Positions 1 to 13,788 are shown, counted from the stretch's first letter. The stretch is DNA of 64,000 nucleotides from Octopus vulgaris (GCA_951406725.2 OX597825.1:21018001-21082000); one strand, 5' to 3'. Numbers and translations: made by a program. Notes: a model not told the origin generated them from the sequence alone.

Positions 1-216
1 AATCAATATTCACAGATACCATCTGGTGAGCTAATATTTAAATGTAGAATATGTATAAATATTAAACTATTTCTGAATAATTTCTTTTCCTCCGTCTATT
101 GTGGTAAAAGTTTGGTATATACTCAAAAGTATTCATAAATTTCTATCTTTTTGTTATAATATTCTTCTTTAAAATCCTCTGAATAACCCTAAACTTTAAC
201 TGTATACAATATAGCA

Positions 217-600
217 GGAGGTGCAATGGCCCAGTGGTTAGGGCAGCGGGCTCGTGGTCGTAGGATCGCAGTTTCGACTCCCAGACCGGGCGTTGTGAGT
301 GTTTATTGAGCGAAAACACCTAAAGCTCCACAAGGCTCCGGCAGGGATGGTGGTGATCCCTGCTGTACTCTTTCACCACAACTTTCTCTCACTCTTACTT
401 CCTGTTTCTGTTGTACCTGTATTTCAAAGGGCCGGCCTTGTCACTCTCTGTGTCACGCTGAATCTCCCCGAGAACTACGTTAAGTGTACACGTGTCTGTG
501 GAGTGCTCAGCTACTTGCACATTAATTTCACGAGCAGGTTGTTCCTTTGATCGGATCAACTGGAACCCTCGTTGTCGTAACCGACGGAGTGCTTCCAACA
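217..600 (+). mobile_element. tRNA-derived SINE, family A head + tail X
   Basis: A-box TGGCCCAGTGG and B-box GTTTCGACTCC; 11-bp TSD ACAATATAGCA at 206-216 and 601-611; homologous to 22584-22912. Confidence 0.9.
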
Positions 601-1205
601 ACAATATAGCAACATTGTTTAAAATATTTAACTATTGTACTACATGATAAGACTTCCCCTGTTTCATTATCAATGGTCTGCTAGTGGGCAACCCCCTTAA
701 TTGTCAGCTAACATCTTGTTTTAAGTTTTCCTTTACCAAACCTCATGATATTGCTTCTAATAAATCTTGATTTTTATGACAATACCAACTATGATGTCTG
801 TCTGCTCCCTCAGCCCTACCCCTAACAGATGCTGCCCTCTGTTCTCTCAGCCTTAGATATACAAGGGTTTTGATAAACTAGTCTATAAATTAAAACTGAA
901 CCCATAAAAACAAACAAACAAAAAAACCACCTGTCAGGCAGTCTATAACAATGTATATCTTCTTGAAAAGCTTAGTAACTTCTATGCTGGAGTACGAACA
1001 GCATGTTCTTTGTCTATTGGTGATTTTAGGTATAATTATACTAACGTGTCCATCTGTTCTAATTTAATTAAATTCTGTGTCTTTGTGCAGCTGAGGATTG
1101 CTCTGCATTTTAAATTGATGTAATGACTGCATTGTTCAATTAAATGGAATTGCATGAAATAATTGTACTGTATTGCCTCTGGATATCCTTGTTGCTTAAT
1201 TTGAC

Positions 1206-1662
1206 ATATATATGTATGTATATATGTATATATATGTGTGTGTGTGTGTATGTATGTATGTATATATGTATATATATATGTGTATATATATATATGTATG
1301 TATTTGTATGTATATATATGTATGCATATGTGTTTGTATGTATGCATATATGTATGTGTACATGTATGTATATATATATATATGTATGTGTTTATGTATG
1401 TATGCATTTATGTATATATATGTATGTGTATATGTATGTGTGTGTATGTGTATATGTATGCATATATGTATGTATGCGTGTATGTATGTATGTATATATG
1501 TATGTGTATGCATATATGTATGTATGTGTATATGTATGTATGCATATATGTATGTATGTATGTGTATATGTATGTATATATATATATATGTGTATGTGTG
1601 TATATATATATATTTGTATGAATGTATGTATTTATGTATGTACATGTATATATGTATGTATA
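1206..1662. repeat. compound (TA)n/(TG)n/(TATG)n microsatellite
   Basis: direct reading; source of the Y/I/C/V/M-rich pseudo-ORFs. Confidence 0.97.
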
Positions 1663-2482
1663 TCTCTTAGTTTATGTAACTTCTCTCCCCCTCCCCCCAA
1701 CAGGGAAATGCACCGATATCAAAAGTTTATTGTGTCCTGGACTTGAAACAAACAACAACATTCACTTTTCAATTGCTACCAGCATGAAGATTTGGCTGAT
1801 TTAACACCACTCACAATACTAGCATATATACACACACATATATATATATATATATCTGAAAAAGAGTATTATTCTGTTTATTATGACAAAATTCAGAAAC
1901 TTGGCAAAGTAGAATGCCTCGGCGGCTCTCTCAGTGTAATTGCAGAAATGTTATTCCCCTCCTATCTAGTTTCCAGATAATATTTTTATAACAGTCCTTG
2001 TTTTCATCACCATTGGTATCAATGTCACGTTATTCCATATTTATTCGACAGCCTATAATGTTACACAGTTCAAAAACAGCATCTTCCTTTTAATTCGCTT
2101 TGTTCAGCATTCGTTTCAGAATTGTAAAATAAATTATTTTTGCTTGCAAAATTGAATTATGCCTTCTGAATTTTCTTGGACTCTCATTTTCTTCACCACG
2201 ACCTTCATTCAATCGTGAATTTTATAACATTTAGTACATGTTCCAAATAAATGTCGACTTTCTGTACTCCCTTACACTGGTAACGCATACTAACCTGCTA
2301 TATTGGTGACTTTCCATCTCTCTTATAGCATAACTGTGCTACAGGAAGTATGTTTTACATCTATGTTGACTACATTCTGTTTCGCTTGAACTTCGTGTGT
2401 GTATGTTTTGCTATTTTCAGCATTATTGATTCTATGAGTGTGTATGTGTGTGTTTCTGCGTTTGTTACGTTTATAATAATAG

Positions 2483-2800
2483 GAGCACTCCGTCGGTTAC
2501 GACGACAAGGGTCCCAGCTGATACGATCAATGGAACAGCTTGCTTGTGAAATTAACGTGCAAGTGACTGAGCAATCCACAGGCACACGTACCCCTAACGT
2601 AGTTCTCAGGGAAATTCAGCGTGACACAGAGTGTGAAAAGGCCGGCCCTTTGAAATACAAGTACGACTCATTTTTGCCAGCTGAATGGACTTGGAGCAAC
2701 GTGAAATAAAGTGTCTTGCTCAAGGACACAACGCATCGTCAGGAATTGAACTCTACAATCGTGAGCCGAATGCCCTAACCACTAAGCCACATGCCTTCAC
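2483..2800 (-). mobile_element. tRNA-derived SINE, family B head + tail X
   Basis: reverse complement of 62560-62885; CORE-like block GTCCTTGAGCAAGACACTT. Confidence 0.85.
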
Positions 2801-3440
2801 TACGTTTATAGTAAACTATAGTAAAGAACATTTTATGCCGTTTTAATGAGCCCACATTACTTAAGGAAGTAGCCATCCTTGGTTGGTGATCCCATTGAAA
2901 ATCATGATACTCTCATTTGTGTTCAAGATAACAGCCTTAGACATGTTTTACATAACTCATCCCTCTTATAGTGCTCTCCTGCATAATCTAATTCTGTGGA
3001 ATGGACAAGATGGGTATTATTTCAATATTCCTCGGATTGAACCTGCAACAGGAGAGCCAGTTAGAAACATAAAAGGTTCTTACCAGCTGATGTTAAGACC
3101 AGAACAATCAAATCCTTTCCACTATAGGCACAAGGCCTGTATCACTTTCGTCTGATGTTTCACACATTCGTAGAATTCTACTCAGACAAACATTTATGAA
3201 GATGTACGCATAAATATTGTATTAAAATAAGCCACAACCAAAAAAAATATCATTAAAAGACATCCATTTTTCTATATTTTATGAAGAAATACAGTCTTTC
3301 TCTTTCATGCACGGAAAAGATGTATGCATATGTATTTATGGGCGAGGGTCAAGAATATGCACTCCCAGCAAAAGAATTTAATTCTATGAATAATTGTAAA
3401 TTGTGTTTTGCAAGCCTGGAGTTTTTGTAATAAACTTCAA

Positions 3441-3665
3441 CCCTTTAGCATTTAGACTGGCCACATCCAGCTCAGACATTCCACCTGTTTTGTGTGCAAA
3501 CCAGCTAGATCTGGTTTCTCACACCTATCCTACAATGTCATACTAGAAGTAAACAATCACATCTTCAGAATCTCAAAGCTACGAGATAATGCATGATTTA
3601 ATTCAAAGCAATGTGAATGAATGAATAATTATTACATTTGACAGAATAATTTGAGTGCTAAAGGG
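3441..3665. mobile_element. piggyBac-like MITE, family 1
   Basis: TIR CCCTTTAGCA...TGCTAAAGGG followed by TTAA; related copies at 12329-13038, ~49580-50292, ~56783-56995, 57037-57755, ~59602-59798. Confidence 0.75.
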
Positions 3666-3840
3666 TTAAAACATTTGACAGTCGAGATTGGCCTTCTTCA
3701 GGGCATGTGTAGAGAGAATATTGGTCTTTCTGGAACCGAAACTTGGATGATATGTATCACAATTTCTTTGATTTTTACTTGCACAAGCATTGCTGGTGAT
3801 AGAAATAGTGTTAGGTGACATATTAAAAAATAAATATATA

Positions 3841-4088
3841 GGCCCTTTTAAAAGCCTAGCCAGGCTCATGGGCCCGGTTTCCCAGTTTTAATGGTGTATG
3901 TGTTCCCCAGCTGGACGGGACGCCAGTCCATCGCAGCGTTACACATTTTTGCCTGCTGAGTAGACTGGGGCAATGTGAAATGAAGTGTTTTGCTCAAGAA
4001 CACAACGCGTTGCCCGGTCCAGGAATCGAAACCACAATCTTACGATCATGATGCTGACACCCTAACCACTAAGTTACGCGCCTCCACA
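3841..4088 (-). mobile_element. tRNA-derived SINE, family B head + tail Y
   Basis: reverse complement of 29887-30135. Confidence 0.85.
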
Positions 4089-4867
4089 GGTGACATATTA
4101 CTGGACTATTTTTATATCTTTGATACAATATATTATGCATGTGGGTCATGAACAAATTTTTAAAAATCCCAGAAGTGGTGTCATTATAAAAAGAAGTATT
4201 GTTAGTTCTTGTCCTAACAGATACTGTTTAGGGGACTAATCTGCCAGTTTTCAAGGTAGGGGTTCTGGTTTATTTTATTTCACTTCTCCTACAATTTACT
4301 GGGCATTGTTTGTGGGAGACCTCAGCACATCATGGTTTATGTCCAAAGTGTATCAAGTGCAGGTGCGTTGCTTGGAATGCTAACATTCATCCACATACAT
4401 ACATGGTTGTGGGCACAGGTTTCACTATATGGTTAAAAAGTTTGCTTTCCAACCATGTTGTCTCAGGTTCAGTCCCACTTCATGGTACCTTGGGTTGGTG
4501 TCTGCTTATATAGCCTCAGGCTGACCAAAGACTTGTGAATGGATTTGGTTGGTGGAAACTGAAAGAAGCTTTGTGTGTGTGTGTGTGTGTCTTTGATTTG
4601 TCATCATATGAGGGTTGTAGGTGAGTGTCATTGTCATACAGATATTACCTTGGAAACAGGTGAAGAGCACCTGACCATAGAAAATCTACTTCAGTAAACA
4701 CCATCAGACCAATGATGATGATATTTAGCCTGGAATTTAGTCATCTTTAAACATCATTATTTTTTGTTTGTATATATATATATGTATATATATATTGAAA
4801 ACAAAACAAATTTATAAAATATTTAGTTGCACTATTTCATTAACAAAGAATAATCATTAATTATATC

Positions 4868-5140
4868 CAGCCTCGTCTGGCCCCCGTGCTGGTGGCACGT
4901 AAAAAGCACCATCCGATCGTGGCCGTTTGCCAGCCTCGTCTGGCACCTGTGCAGGTGGCACGTAAAAATACACCCACTACACTCACGGAGTGGTTGGCGT
5001 TAGGAAGGGCATCCAGCCGTAGAAACATTGCCAGATCAGACTGGAGCCTGGTGCAGCCTTCTGGCTTCCCAGACCCCAGTTGAACTGTCCAACCCATGCT
5101 AGCATGGAAAACGGACGTTAAACGATGATGATGATGATGA
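4868..5140 (+). mobile_element. non-autonomous retroposon, family F, (GAT)n tail
   Basis: repeated GGTGGCACGTAAAAAGCACC modules; ends GGACGTTAAAC(GAT)n; copies near 11960, 14690, 15745(-), 20160, 40432, 42088(-), 59370(-), 62280. Confidence 0.8.
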
Positions 5141-7362
5141 ACATCTGCTTTGTTAAATTGTTAATTTTTATGCAATGTAGCTTTTCATGTGATAACTCAA
5201 TTCACAATGTTTTACAATATTGCTCAAACCAAACACTTATTGTTTCCTTTCAAAAAATACAAAGATTAGTTTTGATTTTGATTAATTTTTTAAGTGTTAC
5301 TTTTGCAATGAAATTGTTAAAAACCTGCTAGGTGTGTGAAAATATTTCCTTTGTGGCATTGATTCATAGAAAATAGCCTGTGTGTGTACAATGGTAGTTT
5401 TAAGCTATGTTGCAGTGGTTACATGCTGGGAGGATTATTCAATAAAAAAGTTAAAAGTAAAAGCAAGTAAAATATAATTCAGTCATAGTTTTGTACAATA
5501 CTAGACTTTTATCTTATGCTTTATGCAATAACTAGAAACACCAACAAATACATCAACGAAGCTTGTATAGTTGTATAGACATACATAGAAGTCTTGTTTA
5601 TATTGTTGCTTGTCCATTTGTATGAGCATGGCAAAAATGGATGTAAAACTGATGGTAATAATGAACAAATCTTGCTTGAGTTTTATTTTAATATGCAATT
5701 AAAACAAAACTAAGATACAAAGTGAAAAGAAAATGGAAATGCAAGCAACAAAATACAGTTAGTTTTACTGTGTATTTTTCAAGGATGTAGATTTGTAATA
5801 TTTCTGAAAATTTTACTTGGCAAGCATCTTCTACTATAGCCCCAGGCTGAACAAAGACTTGTGAGTGAATTTGGTTGATGGAAACTGTAAGAAACCGGGT
5901 GCATATATTCATATATAGACACAAGCGTGGTTGCATAGTAAGTTTGCTTCCAGACCACAAAGGTTAAGGGTTCATTTTCACTTTGTGATCATCTTGGGCA
6001 AGTGCCACCTGCAGTAGCCCTGGGTCTACCAATGCCTTGTGAATGGATTGAGTTGACGGAAACTGAAAGAAGCTCTGGAATAAAGACAGTACAAACGGTC
6101 TGTAAGTTCTATAGAAAGAGGGTACCTGCTAGCATGGAGACATCGAGACAGGTTGTAGATTTGCTCATCCCAAGTCCCATGTGAGCAGTACTCGTTTTGC
6201 TTGTCACAAGGCCAGAGAGAACTGTCTCTAAAGTAGCCCCCAAAAAGGCGTTAATGCATTCCCAGAGAATATAGAACTTAGAAGCAAATATTAATGAGGT
6301 ATGTATACTAAAATCGTGAAGCATGTTACGTAATAACAGGCTAATCAGATATGAGGTAATAACAATTCAAAGTAAATAACTCTGAAAAGGGCTTTTTTTG
6401 CATTCCCAGAGAATATTACCCTTGGTGGCGCTAGTGTTGGTACATTCATGAATAAGTCACTAACCAAAATAAGTGGATCTATCGTGAACAGGTCGCGGTC
6501 TTAAAGCGACGAAAATATTTTGATAAATTAAACTTAAATGTTGAAGTGAATCGAACGGCTTTTGTGTGTTTCTTAAATGGCTTACAAACACCTTCCACGC
6601 TGCAATTGTTTTCGTTTCAGCACACGATCTCAGATCAAATCATTTGCTATGCAAGTGCATCTCCGTAACTATTTACTTGTTTTATATACCTTCTTTCATA
6701 TATATATATACAAGGAAGTTGCAGGATCAGATAGTGAACACAGAACAACCTTTGGCTTGCTGTGTCCCCAAAATGTACTGAGAATGATAAAAAATCAAAT
6801 ATATATATATATATAAATATCTAAGAGCATTGTAAAGCAATCTCTTGTTTGCCAACTCTTGATTTCGTAGGAAATATAACAATGAGTGAAATGAAACAGT
6901 TGTCCATGTTGGCTTCTATCAGATGCATTGCACCAGACAAGCTGCTGCTCTGTTCTGTTGATGTTGCAGTATTTTACATTCTTAGTTTACTTACTTCAAG
7001 GATAGTGAAGGTTAAACAGATGCTGAGCAACGAGGGTAATATAGTACGTCTGCCTCTCTTTGTTTTGTCTCTAGATTGGCAACACAGATGCATGTTAAGA
7101 AGGTTTTGTCAATGACCCTCACAGCAAAACAGCAGCAACTTTCATTTTTGCATAGAGAGAATTGTAAAGAATCTGGAGCAGTTAGTTGTCTGCTACATTG
7201 TTTTTTTTTAGTAGGTGGAATGTGTCAGACAGAGAAACGGCTGCACCGTTTAATCATGTTTCTTTAGATCTTGGCTGAGTTGACTTAGCTTTCCATAATT
7301 CTCTGGGGGGATCGATAAAATAATTACCAGTCAGAAGATGCATAGGTCAGTTTAATTAACTG

Positions 7363-7776
7363 TACTCTCTTTACTCTTTTACTCTTTTACTTGTTTCAGT
7401 CATTTGACTGCGGCCATGCTGGAGCACCGCCTTTAGTCGAGCAAATCGACCCCGGGACTTATTCTTTGTAAGCCCAGTACTTATTCTATCGGTCTCTTTT
7501 GCCGAACCGCTAAGTGACGAGGACGTAAACACACCAGCATCGGTTGTCAAGCAATGCTAGAGGGAGAGGGACAAACACAGACACACAAACATACATATAT
7601 ATACATATATACGACGGGCTTCTTTCAGTTTCCGTCTACCAAATCCACTCACAAGGCATTGGTCGGCCCGGGGCTATAGTAGAAGACACTTGCCCAAGAT
7701 GCCACACAGTAGGACTGAACCTGAAACTATGTGGTTGGTAAACAAGCTACTTACCACACAGCTTCTCCTGCGCCTA
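7363..7776 (-). mobile_element. tRNA-derived SINE, family D (internal microsatellite)
   Basis: head like GCAGGAGTGGCTGTGTGGTAAG, CORE-like CTTGGGCAAGTG, internal (TA/TG)n, tail ...GACTGAAACAAGT(AAAAGAGT)n. Confidence 0.9.
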
Positions 7777-7807
7777 TATACATAAGGTATGTACCTTATA
7801 CATACCT

Positions 7808-8043
7808 TATCTATTTCTTTACTACCCACAAGGGGCAAACACAGAGGGGACAAACAAGGACAGACAAATGGATTAAGTCGATTATATCGACCCCAGTGCA
7901 TAACTGGTACTTATTTAATCGACCCCGAAAGGATGAAAGGCAAAGTCGACCTCGGCGGAATTTGAACTCAGAATGTAACCGCAGACGAAATACCACTAAG
8001 CATTTCGCCCAGCATGCTAACGTTTCTACCAGTTTGCCACCTT
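7808..8043 (-). mobile_element. SINE family E
   Basis: contains GCCTTTCATCCTTTCGGGGTCGAT domain; copies at 17146, 20620(-), 28670, 29485, 45408, 60605. Confidence 0.8.
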
Positions 8044-8074
8044 ATACATACCCTATCAGTATGCGCTAATCCTC

Positions 8075-8716
8075 CTGATTAGCATTGGGTTCACAATCAC
8101 GAGGTGGTGAGTTCAATTCCTGGACAGGGCTGTGCATTGTGTTCTTGGGTGAAATATTTTATTTTCTGCTGCTCCATTTCACTCAGCTGTGGAAATGAGT
8201 TGTGACATCACCGGTGTCCTTTGCCTTTCTGTTGGGTAGCATCAGTGGCGTGGAATATTTGAAGGTTATTCGTCAACCAGGAGAATTCATCTATGAAGCA
8301 ATTGCCCCAGCTCCCCTTCAGGGTTGGCGAAAGCGTTGTGGTGGACAACGAAAAACCTGGCTGATGACGGTCAAGGCTGATCTGGAACCCAACCTAGGCC
8401 CCCATATCTACGGTGTTCGCCGCTGGAATAAGGGGTGGTTGGAGATCACGCGGTCGTTAGCCTCAAATCGCCAGGCCTGGTCGGCGTTTGTGAGAGATGC
8501 AGCATTGAGGATGAATGAAGCCAGCTCAACCCACCCCGGGTGAATGCTGTAAGAAGAAGAAGAAGAAGAAGAAGAAGCATCAGTGGCGTGGAGAGGGTAG
8601 GCCGGTATGCATGGATGACTGCTGGCCTTCCATAAACAGCCTTGCCCATACTTGTACCTTGGAGAGTAACTTTCTAGATGCAATCCCAAGGTCATTTGTG
8701 ACTGAACGGGATCTTT
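8075..8716 (+). mobile_element. SINE family C interrupted by an RTE fragment
   Basis: homologous to 9808-10118, 27841-28175, 35580-35915; split at 8255-8575. Confidence 0.75.
8255..8575 (+). mobile_element. 5'-truncated RTE-clade LINE 3' end
   Basis: ORF remnant ...GWRKRCGGQRKTW...SLASNRQAWSAFVRDA (RTE C-terminal G-R-P/K-TW...R..W pattern); (GAA)n tail; 17-bp TSD AGCATCAGTGGCGTGGA at 8238-8254 and 8576-8592. Confidence 0.85.
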
Positions 8717-9330
8717 AATCAGTGGTTGTCCCTTTTTTATTGGCTTTGTGCTTTTACATAGCCATATTCAATAATGGAAAATTTATCTCTTTTACAGTAT
8801 AAAAACCGTGAAGAAAATGTGTTCTTTTCTAGGTGAAAATTAGCAATAAAATTTTCACTTCACTTTTATATTTCGTAACTGTTGTCTGACCTACACCCAT
8901 CGATTTTTATATCAAGGTAGGGCAAAAATAGTCCTCCTCCTGACAGTATCATTTTCAACACAAATTGAGTTCTAATGCTCCAGCACATTTAGCTAAATCT
9001 GACTGCTATCATTCAACCGTCAGAAACAAAAACAGGACAAATGTTGTGAATGGATGGAAATGCAAGGGTGATTGAAAGAACCTGGCATGATATGTAAGTG
9101 TTGGATTGTTGATCAAAAATATATGAGAAGAAAGTTTACATCTAGGTAAATGATGCATAATAGTCTGTTGAAAAAAAACATGTGTTTTGACCAGAAAATG
9201 ATTTAACAAAAATTGTATTTTTGCATGGTCAAAATAATTTTGTGTTTCTCTCCCCTTCTACAGCATTTAAGTTCAGATCGTTGGAGCACTACTATGTGTT
9301 TTTTATATTGAGCATCTCTAGATCTCACCT

Positions 9331-9376
<46 letters not shown>

Positions 9377-9379
9377 TTT

Positions 9380-9740
9380 CTTTTCTTTTCCTTGTTTCAG
9401 TCGTTTGACTGTGGCCATACTGGAGCACTGCTTTTAGTCGAGCAAATCGACCCCAGGACTTATTCTTTGTAAGTCTAGTACTTATTCTATCGGTCTCTTT
9501 TGCTGAACTGCTAAGTTACGGGGACGTAAACACACCAGACACACAAACATACACACACACATATATACATATATACGATGGGCTTCTTTCAGTTTCCGTC
9601 TACCAAATCCACTCACAAGGCTTTGGTCGGCCTGAGGCTATAGTAGAAGACACTTGCCCAAGGTGCCACACAGTGGGACAGAACCTAAAAGCATGTGGTT
9701 GGTAAGCAAACTTCTTACCACACAGCCACTCCTACGCCTA
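9380..9740 (-). mobile_element. SINE family D
   Basis: same head and tail as 7363-7776. Confidence 0.85.
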
Positions 9741-9807
9741 TATATATAAATACATATATAAATACATGCATACATACATACATTTATATACACATTATAT
9801 ACACATA

Positions 9808-10118
9808 CATGCTCAGTGGTTAGAGCATCGGGCTTGCAATTATGAGGTAGTGAGTCTGATTTCCAGACCAGCTCTTGAGCAAGACTCTTCATTTTACGTT
9901 GTTCCGGTTCACTCAGTTGTAGAAATGGATGGCGATGTCACTGATGCCAAGCTGTGTCGGCCTTTGCCTTTCACTTGAATAATGGTCGGTGGCATGGAGA
10001 GGCTGGTATGCATGGGCAACTGCTGGTCTTCTGTAAACAACTTTGTTGGGGCTTGTGCTTCAGAGGGGAACTTTCTAGATGCAATCCCATGGTCATTCAT
10101 GACCGAAGCGGGGTCTTT
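9808..10118 (+). mobile_element. SINE family C
   Basis: tRNA-like head GCTCAGTGGTTAGAGCATC; tail GGTCATTCATGACCGAAG. Confidence 0.8.
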
Positions 10119-10446
10119 AACTGTTACCCTATTTACATACACACACGCACATGATGGGTTTCTTTCAGTTTCCGCCTACCAGATATATTTGCAAGGCTTT
10201 GGTCAGCCCGAGGCCATAGTAGAAAAAAAAAATGTGCAAGGTGCTATGTCGTGGGATTGAAACTGGAACCATGTGGTTAGGAAACAAGCTTCTTATCACA
10301 CAGCCGTATCCATTCATATAATCACTATTCTTTTCTGTCAACAACTACCTATTTGCCGCTTTGTGTGTGTGTGTGTGTTTTGCAGTTGGGTCAATGATCA
10401 ATGAAAAATCTGAACATGTTGTTCTTTATAAAACTCCTGGTGTTTA

Positions 10447-10831
10447 TCTCTCTCTATATAAACGGCAGTTTGTCTGTGCGTGTTTCTGTGTGTCTGTTTT
10501 CTCGTACCCTCACTCTGACCACGGCTTTCAACCGATTCTGATGAAACTTGACACACACATAGCCCAATGTCATAATTCAAAACTAACGCAGCGAAAATTT
10601 TGAAAAGTTCCCTCAGTTCTGAAAAAAATCGATAAATTCGACATGGGGTCGAGAATCAGAAACCCAAACCACAGACCGTCTAGGGGACGCAACTCCACCT
10701 TTTTTAACTCTCAAAAAAATTTACCATCATTTTTTTTCCCATTTTTTTGCTATTTTTTGGCTATAACTCTCTAAAAATGCTTTATAGTTATTTCCCTTAC
10801 AAACCTGAGCAACGCCGGGTGATACTGCTAG
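10447..10831 (+). mobile_element. non-autonomous Helitron-like element
   Basis: A|TC start, subterminal GC-rich hairpin CCTGAGCAACGCCGGG, CTAG|T end, no TSD. Confidence 0.8.
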
Positions 10832-11370
10832 TTCTTTTATATTTTTGGAACCAGAAATTAGATGGCGGTTGATGAACATGTTATGATGTAAGTTCGAATA
10901 GAGAAAATACAAGCACAAACAAGTTAATGCCTCTGTGTGTGTGTGTATTGCGGTGGGTGGTCTTTTCAAAAATAAATCTTAGTCATTATTATTATTATTA
11001 TTATTGTTATAGATATCTTGCACATTACTGCTGTGTCACCGCTTCAATAAACTTCGTTTACACCTGCTAACAAGAGAACTTCTACATGGACACTTAACCT
11101 GCTGAAAATAGCAGCCAGAAATTAACCTCAAGTCACATCTTACTACCCGTTTTTAAAAATTTTATTTTTAAAGAAAAGGTTATAAGGGAAAATGGAGTTT
11201 TAGTTGGAATGGTCGTGGCTGGAATGCTTTTCATTATTAGTCTGAGCCTGACCTGAGATCAAGTATCCACTCTGTAACTTACTCTGATTATTCAATGTTG
11301 TAACTAATAAATATATAATACATGACCCAGATACTGATAATTTTATTTTTCTTTTTGTATTGTTTGTTAG

Positions 11371-11535
11371 CTTGCCTGCCTACAAAAACTGTCCTGCTTC
11401 AATCGACCCTACAACCTGAAGTGTGATATGAGGAATAGCAAGTTCCAACAGACACCATCTCATCTTGCAGCTTATGCTGGTCACCCCCATTGCCTTCAGT
11501 GGTTACTGCAGTCAAATGCTGAAATTAATGCTCGG
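11371..11535 (+). CDS. ANKRD10: ANKRD10-like ankyrin repeat protein, internal coding exon (phase 0-0, 165 bp)
   Basis: pyrimidine tract + ttag acceptor; GG|GTAAG donor; LACLQKL...QTPSHLAAYAGHPHCLQWLLQSNAEINAR matches recalled ANKRD10 LECL...[27 protein letters not shown]. Confidence 0.9.
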
Positions 11536-12328
11536 GTAAGATTTTTTTTTCTAAAGATAGTGAATATTTGTTCTTGTTCTATTCTTTTGCTCTTTTACTG
11601 GCTCCAGTCATTAAACATTTGTGTGGCACCGCACGGTGCAGCATCTCGTAAAATTGCCTTTGAAGTTCCATCTAAAGGTGCCTCTGTGGCACCATGTAAA
11701 AGCACCCGTGCAGTGCCCCATAGAAGTGCCTGTATTAGTTGTGACCCCCTTCGGTCATGAATGACCGTGGGATTGCACCTAGAAAGTTACCCTCTGAGGT
11801 ACAAGTCCAGCTAAGGTTGTTTGTGGAAGGCCAGCAGTCACTCATGCATACCAGCGTCCCCTTTCCACGCCACCGATGTTATCCAAGGGAAAGGTAAAGA
11901 CCGATACAACTTGGAACCAGTGACAACGCAGCTCATTGCAGCAATGTTATGTCAGTGACACCCGTGCTGGTGGCACATATAAAGCACCCACTACAATCTT
12001 GTAGTGGTTGGCATTAGGAAGGGCATCCAGCCTTAGAAACCATTGCCAAATCAGATTGAAACCTGGTGCAGCTCCCTGGCTTACCGGTTTTCAGTAAAAC
12101 CATCCAACCCATGGAAAGCAGGCATTAAATGATGATGATGATGCTGATGAATTGAAACAAATGCAATGCATTTCTTCAAAAAATGTGGTGACTAAAACAG
12201 GGGTTAAAATGCCAAGCCCATCAACTCCAGTGCTTTTTGCAATGTGATCCTTAATTCATTAGTTTCTGTTGGTTGAATGGTTGTTACAATTTGAGGTAAT
12301 GATGCACTGCTTGATGTATTTGTCTTAA

Positions 12329-13038
12329 CTCTTTAGCTTTCAGATTTTTTGGTCATATATGTTGCTTACTGTAAATCCTCGAGTATAATCCGCATTTTTT
12401 CCCCAAAATTTAAACGTCAAAATCACTAGTGCGTACTATATACGAGGTTAAAAATGAAAATTATTTTCTAAGCAATGTCCAAGTCTCTATTTGCTGTCTG
12501 GCTATGTTTATTCAACCGCATTTTGTGACGTCAGGCGCGAAAATACTTTAAATCAAATCATCCGTAACTTGCAGTAAGCAACATTTATTAAACATTATTA
12601 TTGTTATTTCTTTATTGTCTGCTAACAAAATGCACAAAATAGCTACACATTTGCATTATGTTATATATACAATATTAATAAAGGACGTTGCCGTATACAT
12701 TTTTACAAACCAAGGATGTTATATAGACCTCCTAGACTCAAGTTAGAGAAGGGGTGCGTATAATACACAAGATTTAGGTTTTTAAGAGGTACAGCCCCCT
12801 AAAAATCCCCTGCGTAATATACTCAAGGGTGGACTATACTCGAGGATTTTCGGTAGTCACTTATATTGTTTTGAATTAAAATCATGCATTATCTTGTAGC
12901 TTCAAGATTTCAGTGGAGAGTTTTCTATGTTTTTAGAATGGCATTGCAGTGCAGGTGTGAGAGGTTGGATCTGGGCAGTTTTAACGTAAAACGGGTAGAA
13001 TGACTGGGCTGGATATGGACGGATTAACTGCTAGAGGG
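12329..13038. mobile_element. piggyBac-like MITE family 1 hosting a nested TA-MITE
   Basis: TTAA at 12325-12328 and 13039-13042; degenerate TIRs CTCTTTAGC / GCTAGAGGG. Confidence 0.7.
12369..12853 (+). mobile_element. Tc1/mariner(pogo)-like MITE, ~500 bp
   Basis: TA TSD; TIR CTGTAAATCCTCGAGTATA / TATACTCGAGGATTTTCGG; copies at 43547-44059 and 57073-57585. Confidence 0.85.
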
Positions 13039-13355
13039 TTAATCTGGTACACACGCACATGCACACACATGCAGTAATCTGAATGCTAAAGGGTTGAACT
13101 GGCCTTGTCTGACCCTTCACATCAATCCTACAATATCATTCCAAAAATTAAGTTACCTCATCAAAATCTCATAGTTATGAGATTATACAGGTTTAATTCA
13201 AAGCAGTGTGAATAAATAAACAATACATTTGACAGATGAATGTGAATGCTAATAGGTTAAGCAATACTGTAACCACTATATGATCCAATATTTGCCTTTA
13301 TGCTTTAAAGCTAAATAAATGTTGAGTACCCTAGCCCCATCTTAAAAGGTAAACC

Positions 13356-13788
13356 CTATGGTTCTTGGTCTCAAGCATTTGTCTTATGAAGAAAGGCTGA
13401 AGACGCTCGACCTTTATTCTCTAGAAAAACGACGACGCCGTGGTGATCTCATTCTTGCTCACAACATCATAAGCGGAAAGTGTAACCTCTTGAAAGAGCT
13501 GTTCTTCACTCCTGCTCCAGAGCATCGGCTGCGGGGGCACTCTGAAAAGCTCTATCTGCAACGATTTCATCTCAATCGAAGGAGAGGGGCTTTCTCCGTC
13601 TGGGTTGCGGATCCGTGGAACAAGCTGCCGGACGAGATAGCGAAGATGCCGATGACCGCTCGGTTCAAAGTCTCCCTTGACCACAAATGGCCTGAACTCT
13701 TTGCATGCACACCACCCTGTATATAACTCCATGTACCCCTACATGGCCTTGCTCTTTGCTTTTTGAGCCAAAAAATTAACTTAACTTA
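13356..13788 (+). mobile_element. 5'-truncated CR1-clade LINE 3' end
   Basis: LSYEERLKTLDLYSLEKRRRRGDLI...LRGHSEKL...FSVWVADPWNKLP is the typical CR1 ORF2 C-terminus; (AACTT)n tail. Confidence 0.9.

Noticed and set aside
217-300. tRNA-like sequences at SINE heads
   Set aside because: Have A and B boxes but run straight into SINE bodies, are multi-copy and diverged, and have TSDs; not tRNA genes.
1036-1746. Long Y/I/C/V/M/H/T-rich ORFs (also 30724-31356, 32591-32996, 37549-38515)
   Set aside because: Translations of (TA)n/(TG)n/(CA)n microsatellites, which lack stop codons.
6255-6440. Duplicated GCATTCCCAGAGAATAT and CTCF-like CCCTTGGTGGCGCTAGTG
   Set aside because: Only a partial motif match with no supporting context; may be part of an unrecognised repeat.
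7075-7267. Acceptor-like ctctag plus ORF as the missing first ANKRD10 exon
   Set aside because: No ankyrin or WTPxHWAA-like motif and no good phase-0 donor; the first exon is probably upstream of the window.
11536-11760. C-terminal part of track ORF 11428-11760 (and flanks of ORF 26224-26628)
   Set aside because: Read-through past canonical splice sites into intron or SINE sequence.
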